Of a DNA stretch of 64,000 nt, positions 29,838 to 38,988 are shown one piece after another. Location of the stretch: NCBI GenBank assembly GCA_045540335.1, contig JAZQHC010000036.1, forward strand, positions 22,092-86,091, read 5' to 3'. Every line of letters starts with the position of its first letter. The stretch's first letter is position 1. Below the pieces are notes generated by a model. That model worked only from the letters and a program-made list of their open reading frames with translations, made no database searches and was not told the DNA's origin. This DNA is from Eubacteriales bacterium (GTDB lineage: Bacteria > Bacillota > Clostridia > Oscillospirales > CAG-272). Position numbers and translations under genes: made by a program.

Positions 29838-30105
29838 TAAAAAAGCCCTTGTCCGAAATAGGACAAGAACTGTAAAATTCCTGCGGTACCACCTAAATTG
29901 ACGAAAATCCGCCCTCTTTGCCGCATACGTCGTATATGCGCACCCGTTTAACGGTGGGTTGCCGTCGGCCATTACTTGCAAATGCGTTCCTGCCGCCCTC
30001 ATAAGCCCATTCGCGTTTCGTTAAGCCACGGCTTGCACCTACCGCCGCATCTCTGTTGACCGCTTGAAACGTTACTTTTCTTAATCAAAGGTTTTCAATA
30101 TACTA
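29838..30105 (-). promoter_or_regulatory. T-box riboswitch leader, tRNA-Trp specificity (UGG)
   Basis: Minus strand carries Stem I AGAGA (about 30054-30050), an AGUA box, and a specifier loop GAA-UGG-G (UGG 30009-30007). It also carries the T-box AAUUUAGGUGGUACCGCAG (29899-29881) and the terminator CTTGTCC/GGACAAG + U6 (29838-29870). Confidence 0.85.
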
Positions 30106-30111
30106 CCCACA

Positions 30112-30140
30112 ATTATACACGAGGCGATAAATTTTGTCAA
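30112..30140 (-). promoter_or_regulatory. consensus sigma-A promoter driving the Trp T-box leader
   Basis: Minus strand reads TTGACA (30140-30135), 17-nt spacer, TATAAT (30117-30112). Confidence 0.75.
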
Positions 30141-30210
30141 TACCCTATATGGAATTTTATTATTGTTAAAATTTGAAGCCAATGTTTACAAATATAATTA
30201 TAATATTGTA

Positions 30211-30239
30211 TTGACACGTGCGCACTCAAATGGTAATAT
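30211..30239 (+). promoter_or_regulatory. sigma-A type promoter for marR-ABC operon
   Basis: TTGACA (30211-30216), 17 nt, TAATAT (30234-30239). Confidence 0.5.
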
Positions 30240-30274
30240 AATTAGGTTGCTAACAAAGATAAAGGGGTGTAAAA

Positions 30275-30763
30275 ATGTCTTCACCAAACGAACACGTAGG
30301 CAAACGCATCACCAACGTTGCAAACCGTCTGCGCAGATATCTTGATAACGAAACGTCACGGCACGGGGTAACGCGCGTGCAAGCGATGATACTGCGCTTT
30401 TTGTTGCAAAACAGCAGCAGCCCCGTATATCAGCGCGATATCGAGCGCGAGTTTGGCATACGCCGTTCTACCGTTACAAACGTATTGCAGCTGATGGAAA
30501 AAAACGGTCTTATCTGCCGTTTTTGCGACGAAAAGGATGCCCGAATGAAGCGAATAACGATAACCGAAAACGGCATATCTGCAAACGCACGCGTAAAGGG
30601 CACTGTAAACGGGCTTGAGGCAAGCCTTTTGTCATCTCTTAACGCAGATAAAAAGCAACAGCTGTTTGAATTGCTTGAAATCGTAGAAAATACACTTATA
30701 GAATTGGAATCACAAGGAAAGGATGGTGCTGTAAATGATCAGACGGCTTTCAAGGTACATTAA
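30275..30763 (+). CDS. MarR family transcriptional regulator
   Basis: 162 aa. Winged helix QRDIEREFGIRRSTVTNVLQLMEKNGLICRFCDEKDARMKRITITENG. Confidence 0.85.
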   Translation: MSSPNEHVGKRITNVANRLRRYLDNETSRHGVTRVQAMILRFLLQNSSSPVYQRDIEREFGIRRSTVTNVLQLMEKNGLICRFCDEKDARMKRITITENGISANARVKGTVNGLEASLLSSLNADKKQQLFELLEIVENTLIELESQGKDGAVNDQTAFKVH

Positions 30764-32477
30764 AGGATTTAAATCCGTAACGATGCTTACACCGCTTTTT
30801 ATGATTTGCGAGGTTGCGCTTGAAATCGCAATACCGTATCTTATGGCGATCATAATTGACGAGGGCGTTGAAAAAGGCGACATGGCGCTTATTGTAAAAA
30901 CGGGCATAACAATGATAGTTATGGCAATGGCTTCGCTTGTGTTCGGCGCGTTCGGTGCGATATTGGCTTCGAAGGCTTCGGCAGGCTTTGCAAAAAATCT
31001 GCGCTTTGCTGTTTTTTCAAAAATACAGAATTTTTCATTTGCCAACACGGATAAATTTTCAACCGCAGGCCTCGTTACCCGCATAACGACTGACGTTAAC
31101 AACGTACAAATGTCGTTTCAAATGATGATAAGAATATGCGTTCGCGCGCCAATTATGCTGATAATGGCGCTTATTATGGCGTTTTCGATCAACGCCAAGC
31201 TATCGATGATATACGTCGGAGCAATAGCGTTTTTGGGAACAATACTGTTTACCATTGCCGTAAAATCGTTTCCGAGGTTTAAGTTCGTATTTGAAAAATA
31301 CGACAAGCTGAACGAAAGCGTTCAGGAAAACCTTACGGGTATGCGTGTGGTTAAATCCTACGTAAGAGAAAAGCATGAAACCGAAAAATTCCACAAGGCG
31401 TCCGGATTTATATACAAATGCTTCGTTAACGCCGAAAAGTTAGTTGTTATGAACGGCCCCGTTATGAACCTTACGATGAACACGTGCATGGTGCTTATCG
31501 CGTGGATAGGCGCACACATTATCGTTAATTCAGGCGGAGACGATATGACTACGGGCAATCTTACCAGCTTTCTTTCATATACGATAAACATTCTTATGAA
31601 TCTTATGATGATATCCATGATTTTCGTAATGATGACGATTTCCAAATCCTCGGCAGAGCGTATAGTAGAGGTTCTTGACGAAAAGCTTGATATAACCGAC
31701 CCGACAGACCCCGTAACAGACGTTAAAAACGGCGAAATAGTATTTGAAGACGTTTGTTTTTCATACTCTAAAAACGAAAACAACCTTAATTTAGAGCATT
31801 TAAGCCTTACGATTCCGTCAGGTGCAACGGTAGGGGTAATAGGCGGCACGGGAAGCGGAAAAACAACCTTCGTTCAGCTTATTCCGCGCCTTTACGACGT
31901 AACAAGCGGCAAAATAACCGTTGGCGGCGTTGACGTGCGCAATTACAGCTTGCGCGCACTGCGCGACAGCGTATCTATGGTATTGCAGAAAAACGTTTTG
32001 TTTTCCGGCACGATAAAAGAAAACCTGCGTTGGGGCAACAAGGATGCAACAGACGAACAGATGCAAAACGCGTGTATATCGGCACAGGCGCATGATTTTA
32101 TCATGTCGTTTCCCGATGGATACGATACCGTTATAGCGCGCGGCGGCACGAACGTATCAGGCGGGCAAAAGCAAAGGCTTTGCATTGCAAGGGCACTTTT
32201 GAAAAACCCCAAGGTTCTTATTCTTGATGACTCTACAAGTGCGGTAGATACGGCAACCGATGCAAAAATACGCCAAGCGTTCGTACAGTACATTCCCGAC
32301 GTTACGAAGATAATAATTGCGCAAAGAATTTCTTCTGTTGCCCACGCCGATATGATAATCGTGCTTGACGAGGGCAAAATAAACGGCATCGGCACACATG
32401 AAGAGCTGTTGCAAACGAACACCATATACAAGGAAGTATATGATTCGCAAATGAAGGGGGCTGATTTCGATGAATAA
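30735..32477 (+). CDS. ABC exporter, fused permease/ATPase subunit (heterodimer partner 1)
   Basis: 580 aa. 6-TM domain plus NBD with GGTGSGKTT (Walker A), SGGQKQRLCIARAL (signature) and ILDDSTSAVD (Walker B). Confidence 0.9.
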   Translation: MIRRLSRYIKGFKSVTMLTPLFMICEVALEIAIPYLMAIIIDEGVEKGDMALIVKTGITMIVMAMASLVFGAFGAILASKASAGFAKNLRFAVFSKIQNFSFANTDKFSTAGLVTRITTDVNNVQMSFQMMIRICVRAPIMLIMALIMAFSINAKLSMIYVGAIAFLGTILFTIAVKSFPRFKFVFEKYDKLNESVQENLTGMRVVKSYVREKHETEKFHKASGFIYKCFVNAEKLVVMNGPVMNLTMNTCMVLIAWIGAHIIVNSGGDDMTTGNLTSFLSYTINILMNLMMISMIFVMMTISKSSAERIVEVLDEKLDITDPTDPVTDVKNGEIVFEDVCFSYSKNENNLNLEHLSLTIPSGATVGVIGGTGSGKTTFVQLIPRLYDVTSGKITVGGVDVRNYSLRALRDSVSMVLQKNVLFSGTIKENLRWGNKDATDEQMQNACISAQAHDFIMSFPDGYDTVIARGGTNVSGGQKQRLCIARALLKNPKVLILDDSTSAVDTATDAKIRQAFVQYIPDVTKIIIAQRISSVAHADMIIVLDEGKINGIGTHEELLQTNTIYKEVYDSQMKGADFDE

Positions 32478-34359
32478 TCAAAAAATGAGAAGAAGAAACC
32501 CCGTTCCAACCATATTGCGAGTATTAAAATACGTTATTAAAGATTACCCGTTTGCTTGCGTTATAGTATTGCTGTGCCTTATTGCAAGCGCGGTTACGAC
32601 CGCATACGGCACGATGTTCTTTAAACTGCTTATTGAGGATTATATCGACCCGATGCTTAAGGGCGTTCCCGATGCACCCACGTTTGACGACCTTGGGCGC
32701 GATATACTTAAGGTTGTCGGAATGTACGCCTTGGGCGTGCTTTCGGTATTCGGTTCTAACAGGCTGATGGTAAACATCTGCCAAGGCACTTTGAAAAAAA
32801 TAAGGGATAGCTTGTTTGAGCATATGCAAACACTTCCTGTTGGGTATTTCGACAGAAATTCCCACGGCGATATAATGAGTATCTATACAAACGATACGGA
32901 TACCCTGCGCCAGCTTATCAGCCAAAGCATACCAAACCTGATATCGTCAACCGCTTCCATCATTTCTTCTGTCGTATCTATGCTGATACTGTCGCCATTG
33001 CTTACCGCCGCGGCGATATCGGTAGTTATATTTGCGGTTATATTTACAAGAATACTCGGCGGCAAAAGTGCAGGCTTTTTCCGCGCTACGCAGAAAAATA
33101 TCGGCGCGTTAAACGGCTATGTTGAAGAAATGGCAGAGGGGCAAAAGATAGTAAAGGTATTCAACCACGAGGATGAAGCCATAGAGGAATTCAGCCGCCT
33201 TAACGATGAATTATACGTTACCACCAAAAACGCAAACGGCTTTGCAAACGTGGTAATGCCGATAATGGGCAATCTTGGCTATCTTAACTACGTTTTCGTT
33301 GCCATAGTAGGCGGTTATATGGCGATAAACGGCGTGGGCGGATTTACGCTTGCAAGCCTCGTACCGTTTTTACAGTTTACAAGAACGTTCAATATGCCTA
33401 TTTCGCAGGTTTCACAGCAGATAAACTCCATTATCATGGCAGTTGCCGGTGCAGAAAGAATATTTGCCCTGCTTGACGAGCCGGCCGAGGAAGACATCGG
33501 CTACGTTACCCTTGTAAACTGCAAGGAAGAAAACGGCAAGATAGTAGAAACGAAGGAACGCACAGGCAAATGGGCTTGGCGCCATCCGCATTCAGCAGAC
33601 GGAAGCGTTACCTACACGCCCCTTAAGGGTGACGTAGTATTTGAAAACGTTGATTTTGGATATACAGATGAAAAAATCGTTCTTCACGATATAAATCTAT
33701 ACGCACGCCCCGGTCAGAAGGTGGCGTTCGTAGGCGCAACGGGCGCAGGCAAAACCACTATAACGAATCTGATAAACAGATTTTACGATATCCAAAGCGG
33801 CAAAATAAGATACGACGGCATAAATATTGAAAAAATAAAAAAGGCAGACCTTCGCCGTTCTTTGGGCGTGGTTCTTCAGGATACGCACCTTTTCACGGGA
33901 ACGGTTGCCGACAATATAAGATACGGCAGACTTGATGCCACCGATGAAGAAATACGCGCGGCGGCAAAGCTTGTAAATGCCGATTACTTTATCAGTCATT
34001 TGCCTAACGGATACGATACGATGCTTACGGCAGACGGTGCAAGCCTTTCGCAAGGGCAAAGGCAGCTTTTATCCATAGCAAGGGCAGCCGTTGCCGACCC
34101 GCCCGTTTTGATACTTGACGAGGCAACGTCAAGCATTGATACCAGAACGGAATCTATCGTAGCTGCAGGTATGGACAGTCTTATGAAGGGCAGAACCGTA
34201 TTCGTTATCGCACACAGGCTTTCCACCGTGCAAAACGCAGACGTTATAATGGTGCTTGAACAGGGCAAAATTATAGAACGCGGCACGCACGACGACCTTA
34301 TTGCCCAAGAAGGCAAATACTACACCCTTTACAGCGGAAACGCAAAGGATAAAAAATAA
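32470..34359 (+). CDS. ABC exporter, fused permease/ATPase subunit (heterodimer partner 2)
   Basis: 629 aa. GATGAGKTT, LSQGQRQLLSIARA, ILDEATSSID. 8-nt overlap with partner 1. Confidence 0.9.
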   Translation: MNNQKMRRRNPVPTILRVLKYVIKDYPFACVIVLLCLIASAVTTAYGTMFFKLLIEDYIDPMLKGVPDAPTFDDLGRDILKVVGMYALGVLSVFGSNRLMVNICQGTLKKIRDSLFEHMQTLPVGYFDRNSHGDIMSIYTNDTDTLRQLISQSIPNLISSTASIISSVVSMLILSPLLTAAAISVVIFAVIFTRILGGKSAGFFRATQKNIGALNGYVEEMAEGQKIVKVFNHEDEAIEEFSRLNDELYVTTKNANGFANVVMPIMGNLGYLNYVFVAIVGGYMAINGVGGFTLASLVPFLQFTRTFNMPISQVSQQINSIIMAVAGAERIFALLDEPAEEDIGYVTLVNCKEENGKIVETKERTGKWAWRHPHSADGSVTYTPLKGDVVFENVDFGYTDEKIVLHDINLYARPGQKVAFVGATGAGKTTITNLINRFYDIQSGKIRYDGINIEKIKKADLRRSLGVVLQDTHLFTGTVADNIRYGRLDATDEEIRAAAKLVNADYFISHLPNGYDTMLTADGASLSQGQRQLLSIARAAVADPPVLILDEATSSIDTRTESIVAAGMDSLMKGRTVFVIAHRLSTVQNADVIMVLEQGKIIERGTHDDLIAQEGKYYTLYSGNAKDKK

Positions 34360-34382
34360 AAGCACAAGCCTTATAAAAGCAA

Positions 34383-34425
34383 CCCCGACAGGCGTTAAGC
34401 ACGCGTTCTGTCGGGGATATTTTTA
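34383..34425 (+). terminator. intrinsic terminator after ABC operon
   Basis: Stem CCCCGACAG / CTGTCGGGG followed by ATATTTTT. Confidence 0.75.
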
Positions 34426-34431
34426 TATAAA

Positions 34432-34466
34432 ATACGAAAAGCACCCTTGCTGCGTGGTGCTTTTTC
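34432..34466 (-). terminator. intrinsic terminator after anti-sigma gene
   Basis: Minus strand reads AAAAGCACC-loop-GGTGCTTTT followed by a U-rich stretch. Confidence 0.5.
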
Positions 34467-34510
34467 GTACTTTTTAGGAAGATTTATAAAGAAGAATTCC
34501 GTTGTTTTCG

Positions 34511-34795
34511 TTACTTTTTTGCCCTTACGCGTTCAATTACAAGCACTGCGGCAAGCATCGCAAGGGAAGATACCGCTACCGTTGCGGTTTTTTGGCGTCT
34601 TATTCTTTTGGCAAGCAGTTGATAATCGCCGTGGTGCGGGGGGCAAACGTAGCCCGTATGCACGGGTGCATCGCGGTAAAAGCCGCGGCATACTTCACAA
34701 GATTTTATATGGTCTTCTATTATTTTTTTCGTTTGTCTGCTGGCGCAGCCGTCTTTATACACGCCGCACAGATCTTGTATTAAAGCACATATCAT
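34511..34795 (-). CDS. zinc-binding anti-sigma factor (ZAS, zf-HC2 type)
   Basis: 94 aa. DHIKSCEVC gives HxxxCxxC. C-terminal TM VAVSSLAMLAAVLVI. ATGA overlap with the sigma gene. Confidence 0.65.
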   Translation of the reverse strand: MICALIQDLCGVYKDGCASRQTKKIIEDHIKSCEVCRGFYRDAPVHTGYVCPPHHGDYQLLAKRIRRQKTATVAVSSLAMLAAVLVIERVRAKK

Positions 34796-35271
34796 TTCAT
34801 CAATTCCTTTTTCAGCATTTCTTTTGCGCGGTGAAATATCACCTTTGCGCTTGATTCACCTATTTTCAGATACGAGGCTATCTCGCTATACGGCAGCCCG
34901 GCATACACGCGTAAAAACACAACGTCGCGGTATTTTTTCGGCAAAGCCTGAACAGCGTTACGAACCGTTGTGGATTCGTAATTGCTTATCATGATATCCT
35001 CGGGATTTTCTTCGTTGCTTTGGCCTGCAAGCTCAAGCCCGACAAAGGTTACCTTATGCTTTCGCAAATAATTGAAATACGTGTTTTTGGCTATTGCGGC
35101 AAGCCACGTAAACATCTCGCAGCTGCCGTTATATTTTCCGAAAGAAACGTACGCGCGGTAAAACGTTTCCTGCGTCATTTCTTCGCACAGGCTGGAATCA
35201 CGGCACAGATTATAAAGAAACGCATACACACGCGGAAAATATTCGTTATATACTGTTTCGAATCCGTTCAT
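34792..35271 (-). CDS. ECF sigma-70 family sigma factor
   Basis: Region 2 (CEEMTQETFYRAY) and region 4 (YSEIASYLKIGESSAKVIFHRAKEMLKK). Start moved to M16 behind GAAGGAGGG. Confidence 0.85.
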   Translation of the reverse strand: MNGFETVYNEYFPRVYAFLYNLCRDSSLCEEMTQETFYRAYVSFGKYNGSCEMFTWLAAIAKNTYFNYLRKHKVTFVGLELAGQSNEENPEDIMISNYESTTVRNAVQALPKKYRDVVFLRVYAGLPYSEIASYLKIGESSAKVIFHRAKEMLKKELMK

Positions 35272-35333
35272 GCCGCCCTCCTTCTTTTCTAATCGGTTAA
35301 TACCAAAAAAACGCAAAAGGTTACAAAAATATT

Positions 35334-35365
35334 TAAAAAAAATTCCCGTTTGGGAATTTTTTTTA
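35334..35365. terminator. bidirectional terminator downstream of metA
   Basis: A7-AATTCCC-loop-GGGAATT-T8. Confidence 0.75.
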
Positions 35366-35448
35366 AAATACTGCGGGCATTCGGCAACGGTAAATTTGTG
35401 CCGAATACCCTGCTACACTTTTTAAATTATATACCTTATTATACGAAA

Positions 35449-36363
35449 TTACAAATTTTCAAGGTTGTACGGCGTGCGCTGATATACGAAGTAGTTCAAC
35501 CAGTTGGAAAACAGCAAATGCGCGTGCGAGCGCCACTTGTTCGGCGGGCGCTTCGTTTCATCATCATCGGGAAAATAGTTGTACGGCTTTTCTATTTCAA
35601 GCCCTTTATTTTTATCGCGGAAATATTCAAGTGCAAGCGTATCGTAATCGTATTCGCAATGCCCCGTTATAAAAAAGCGCGAGGCTGAATCGTCGCATAT
35701 TAAAAACGGCCCTGCTTTTTCAGACGTTGCCAGCACCTTAAGGTTAAACGCCGCTTCCATATCGTGCATATCTATTTCCGTATGGCGGGAATGCGGTGCA
35801 AGAAACGTTTCGTCAAATCCGCGCACCATCGGGTGAACGGGTACAAGCACCTTATGTTCAAATATGCCAAACATCTTTTTATCAAGCATATGCTTGTTTA
35901 TGCCGTAATAGTAGTACATTGCTGCCTGCGCCGCCCAGCAGATAAATATCGTAGAGCAAACGTTTTTTTCTGCCCATTTAAATATCCTGCACAGCTCGTT
36001 CCAATACTTAACCTCTTTAAAATCAAGGTTTTCCACGGGCGCACCGGTAATTATCAGCCCGTCAAACTTGCGGGTGTAAACATCGTCGAAATCGGCGTAA
36101 AAAAGCCCCATATGCTCTTCAGAATAATTTTTTGATTTATGCCTGTCAACGCGGATAAGCGTAAGCTCGACCTGCAGGGAGGTGTTTGAAAGCAAGCGTA
36201 CAAGCTGTGTTTCCGTTACCTCTTTTGTAGGCATAAGATTCAATACCGCTATTTGCAAAGGGCGAATATCCTGATGTTCTGCCCTTAATTTATTCATAAC
36301 AAATATATTTTCACTTCTTAAAACTTCTGCCGCGGGAAGCCCGTCGGGTATCTTAATAGGCAT
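35449..36363 (-). CDS. metA: homoserine O-acyltransferase (MetA family)
   Basis: MPIKIPDGLPAAEVLRSENIFVM... is a typical MetA N-terminus, with the catalytic Cys region STIFICWAAQAA. Start moved to the ATG (M3) behind AAGGAGG. Confidence 0.9.
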   Translation of the reverse strand: MPIKIPDGLPAAEVLRSENIFVMNKLRAEHQDIRPLQIAVLNLMPTKEVTETQLVRLLSNTSLQVELTLIRVDRHKSKNYSEEHMGLFYADFDDVYTRKFDGLIITGAPVENLDFKEVKYWNELCRIFKWAEKNVCSTIFICWAAQAAMYYYYGINKHMLDKKMFGIFEHKVLVPVHPMVRGFDETFLAPHSRHTEIDMHDMEAAFNLKVLATSEKAGPFLICDDSASRFFITGHCEYDYDTLALEYFRDKNKGLEIEKPYNYFPDDDETKRPPNKWRSHAHLLFSNWLNYFVYQRTPYNLENL

Positions 36364-36558
36364 AGCCACCCTCCTTATACGATATTACCGTATATTTTAC
36401 CACACAATAGAATCTATTTCAAGAGAAGATTCGGAAATTTAGAAAAAAACATTGAAATATACACAGAAAACCTATAAAATTTAAAATGAAAATTTTTATA
36501 CCGACTGTGCAATAAAATACCCTTTCGGTGCATTTATTATATGACAGGAGAAAATACG

Positions 36559-37143
36559 ATGTTGTATATCAAGGAATTTTCGTCGCCGAAAACAGCCGAA
36601 TACAGCAATACCGAGCGAAATGTATTGTTAGAATCGTACATTGCAACCGCCGCCGCAGGCGACACGGCAGGCATTGCAAGCTTGTATGAAGAAACGAAAA
36701 GCGCGGTATATGGTTTTGCCTTGTCTATTTTGAAAAACACCTTCGATGCCGAAGACGTTATGCACGACACGTACATTCAGGTATTTACAAACGCTTCCCT
36801 TTACAAGCCGAAGGGCACCCCCATGCCGTGGATATTGCAGATAACGAAAAATCTTGCATTTATGCTTTTGCGAAAGAAAAGCAAGCTGCAGCTATCGCAG
36901 GTGCAAGACGGTGATATTTCAGATTTTGCAGACTTTACCCAAGATGTGTGCGACGGCGTTTCCGTAACAAGCGCGATGCTGTCCCTTGGGCAAACCGAAA
37001 GGCAGATAGTAACCCTGCACGCCGTGGCAGGCTTGAAGCATAAAGAAATAGCGCGCGTGCTTGACATACCCTTGGCAACGGTGCTTTCAAAATACAATCG
37101 AGCCGTAAAAAAACTTAAAAAAATACTGGGAGATGAAAGCTGA
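36559..37143 (+). CDS. ECF sigma-70 family sigma factor
   Basis: Region 2 (AEDVMHDTYIQVF) and region 4 (HKEIARVLDIPLATVLSKYNRAVKKLKK). Start moved to M7 behind AGGAGA. Confidence 0.85.
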   Translation: MLYIKEFSSPKTAEYSNTERNVLLESYIATAAAGDTAGIASLYEETKSAVYGFALSILKNTFDAEDVMHDTYIQVFTNASLYKPKGTPMPWILQITKNLAFMLLRKKSKLQLSQVQDGDISDFADFTQDVCDGVSVTSAMLSLGQTERQIVTLHAVAGLKHKEIARVLDIPLATVLSKYNRAVKKLKKILGDES

Positions 37144-38930
37144 TGTCGGAAAAATTCGAAAAAAAATTAAAACAGGAAATAAACGATATTACCCCCGATA
37201 TTATTGACAAAGTGTTATCATCTTGCCAAGAAAAGAAAGGGGCAACCAAAATGATGCAAAAGAAAACGAAAAAGAATTATTCCGTTATTGCCGCAGCGGC
37301 TGCCGTAGTATTGATATTCGGTGCAGCCTTCGGTGCTTTCGTATATAGCGGAAACAACGCAATAGATACGGTAGTTTCTATTGATGTAAACCCCGGCGTA
37401 CAAATAACCGTAAACAAAAACGAAAAGGTTTTATCCGTTACAGCAACAAACGACGACGGCGTTCAGATACTTAAAGACCAAAACTACAAGGGCCTTCCCA
37501 TAGAAAACGCGTTAGACAGTATCGTTACGCAGCTTACCGATATGGGATACGTTGATATAAACAAAAACTCCGTTTTGGTAAGTGTTAAAAGCGGCGATAA
37601 GGAAAAATGCGAGCAAATGCGCCAAAGGCTTTCACAATGCGTGAAGGAATGCTTTGCTGAAAAAGGTGCAGATGCCGCTATATTAAGCCAATCCGTAACA
37701 GAATCATCAGACGTTTCGGGTCTTATGCAGGATTACGGTATTTCCGAAGGAAAAGCGTTGCTTGTTGACGAAATATTAAGCCAAAACAACCTGCTTACAG
37801 CAGATGAAATTGCAAATCTTCCCGTAAACGACCTTAACCTTATAATCTGCACAAACGATATGCAGCTTAAAAAGACAAACTGCACAGGCACACCCGCAGA
37901 CAAAGGCTATATAGGTAAAGACGCGGCAAAGGCTGCAGCCCTTTCCGATGCGCGCATAAGCGAAGCAGACGTACAGAAAATAAAAGTAAAAATGGATTGT
38001 GAAGACGGCATAATTACCTACGAGGTTGAATTTACCGTAAACGGCACCGAATACGAATACGAATTAAACGCAATAAACGGCGAAATAATCGATATTGATA
38101 TTGAAAAAGACGACGATGACGACGGCAAAAAAGACGATATCTCCACCCCACCTGCAGACATTATAACAAAGGAAGATGCCCTTAAAACGGCACGCGAAAA
38201 AGCGGGCGTAAGCGCAGATGATATCATTCACGAAAAAGCGTCGTTAGATAAAGACGACGGTGTTTATGAATACGAAATAGTTATTAAAACAGAAACGACA
38301 AAATATTCGTATGAAGTAAACGCATCAAACGGGCAAATAATTTCAGAAGCGATAAAAACGCTTCACGCCGGCAACGGTACAGGCAATGGCAACAGTGCAG
38401 GTAACGGAAACGGTGCCGGTAACGGTAATGGCAACGGTTCTGGAAATAAGCCCTCGCAAAATACGCATTTACAGGATTCATATATAGGCAAAGGAAAGGC
38501 CTTGAATATTGCATTGCAAAAATTCAATCTTTCATCAAACGACGTGATAAAAAGCAAAATAGGCCTTGATGAAGACGACGGCATAGTTGTATATGAAATA
38601 GATATAACGACTGCAAGCGTTAAATACGAGGTGTCGCTTAACGCTTTAACGGGCGAGATTACCGAGTTTGAGCATAAGGATATAAAATCAAACGATTCGC
38701 AAATCCAACCCCCGCAAGAAAATCTTATCAGCGAAGCAGATGCCTATAACGCGGTAATAGCACACTTCGGCATATCCGCACAAGACGTAATATCAAGCAC
38801 TGTAAAGCTTGATAAAGACGATGGGGCTTATGAATACGAGGTGGAAATAAAAACAGCCGATTTTGAATACGAGGCAAGCGTAAACCCTTCAAACGGCAAT
38901 ATAATCAAAGCGGAAAAAGATAACGACTGA
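37143..38930 (+). CDS. single-pass anti-sigma-like protein with four PepSY-type repeats
   Basis: 1-nt overlap (TGATG) with the sigma gene. Short cytoplasmic N-terminus, TM at aa 47-68, and a ~180-aa juxtamembrane domain. Then four ~65-aa repeats ending in DDG.YEYE..........N..G.I patterns. Confidence 0.7.
   Translation: MSEKFEKKLKQEINDITPDIIDKVLSSCQEKKGATKMMQKKTKKNYSVIAAAAAVVLIFGAAFGAFVYSGNNAIDTVVSIDVNPGVQITVNKNEKVLSVTATNDDGVQILKDQNYKGLPIENALDSIVTQLTDMGYVDINKNSVLVSVKSGDKEKCEQMRQRLSQCVKECFAEKGADAAILSQSVTESSDVSGLMQDYGISEGKALLVDEILSQNNLLTADEIANLPVNDLNLIICTNDMQLKKTNCTGTPADKGYIGKDAAKAAALSDARISEADVQKIKVKMDCEDGIITYEVEFTVNGTEYEYELNAINGEIIDIDIEKDDDDDGKKDDISTPPADIITKEDALKTAREKAGVSADDIIHEKASLDKDDGVYEYEIVIKTETTKYSYEVNASNGQIISEAIKTLHAGNGTGNGNSAGNGNGAGNGNGNGSGNKPSQNTHLQDSYIGKGKALNIALQKFNLSSNDVIKSKIGLDEDDGIVVYEIDITTASVKYEVSLNALTGEITEFEHKDIKSNDSQIQPPQENLISEADAYNAVIAHFGISAQDVISSTVKLDKDDGAYEYEVEIKTADFEYEASVNPSNGNIIKAEKDND
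37905..38918 (+). repeat. four in-frame PepSY-like domain repeats
   Basis: Repeat units at about 37905-38102, 38160-38351, 38478-38672 and 38721-38918 (aa 255-320, 340-403, 446-510, 527-592). Confidence 0.7.
38367..38447 (+). repeat. imperfect GGY-AAY tandem tract encoding (Gly-Asn)n linker
   Basis: Encodes GNGTGNGNSAGNGNGAGNGNGNGSGN between PepSY repeats 2 and 3. Confidence 0.85.
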
Positions 38931-38931
38931 T

Positions 38932-38985
38932 AAAAAAACAGCTACCGTACGAAAGAAACGATTCTTTCGTACGGTAGTTTTTTTA
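38932..38985. terminator. strong bidirectional terminator between convergent operons
   Basis: 16-bp stem CTACCGTACGAAAGAA / TTCTTTCGTACGGTAG flanked by A8 and T7. Confidence 0.9.
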
Positions 38986-38988
38986 AAA

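Noticed and set aside
36364-36558. Looked for a SAM-I (S-box) riboswitch or Met T-box upstream of metA.
   Set aside because: The region has no conserved S-box core, no T-box GGUGG-ACCGCG motif and no terminator/antiterminator pair. It appears to hold only AT-rich promoter sequence, shared with the divergent ECF sigma gene.
38367-38447. Tandem GGY-AAY repeats considered as a possible CRISPR-like or VNTR element.
   Set aside because: The tract is short, imperfect, in-frame and inside a well-supported ORF, where it encodes a Gly-Asn linker. It has no spacer/repeat organisation. It is kept only as a coding low-complexity repeat.
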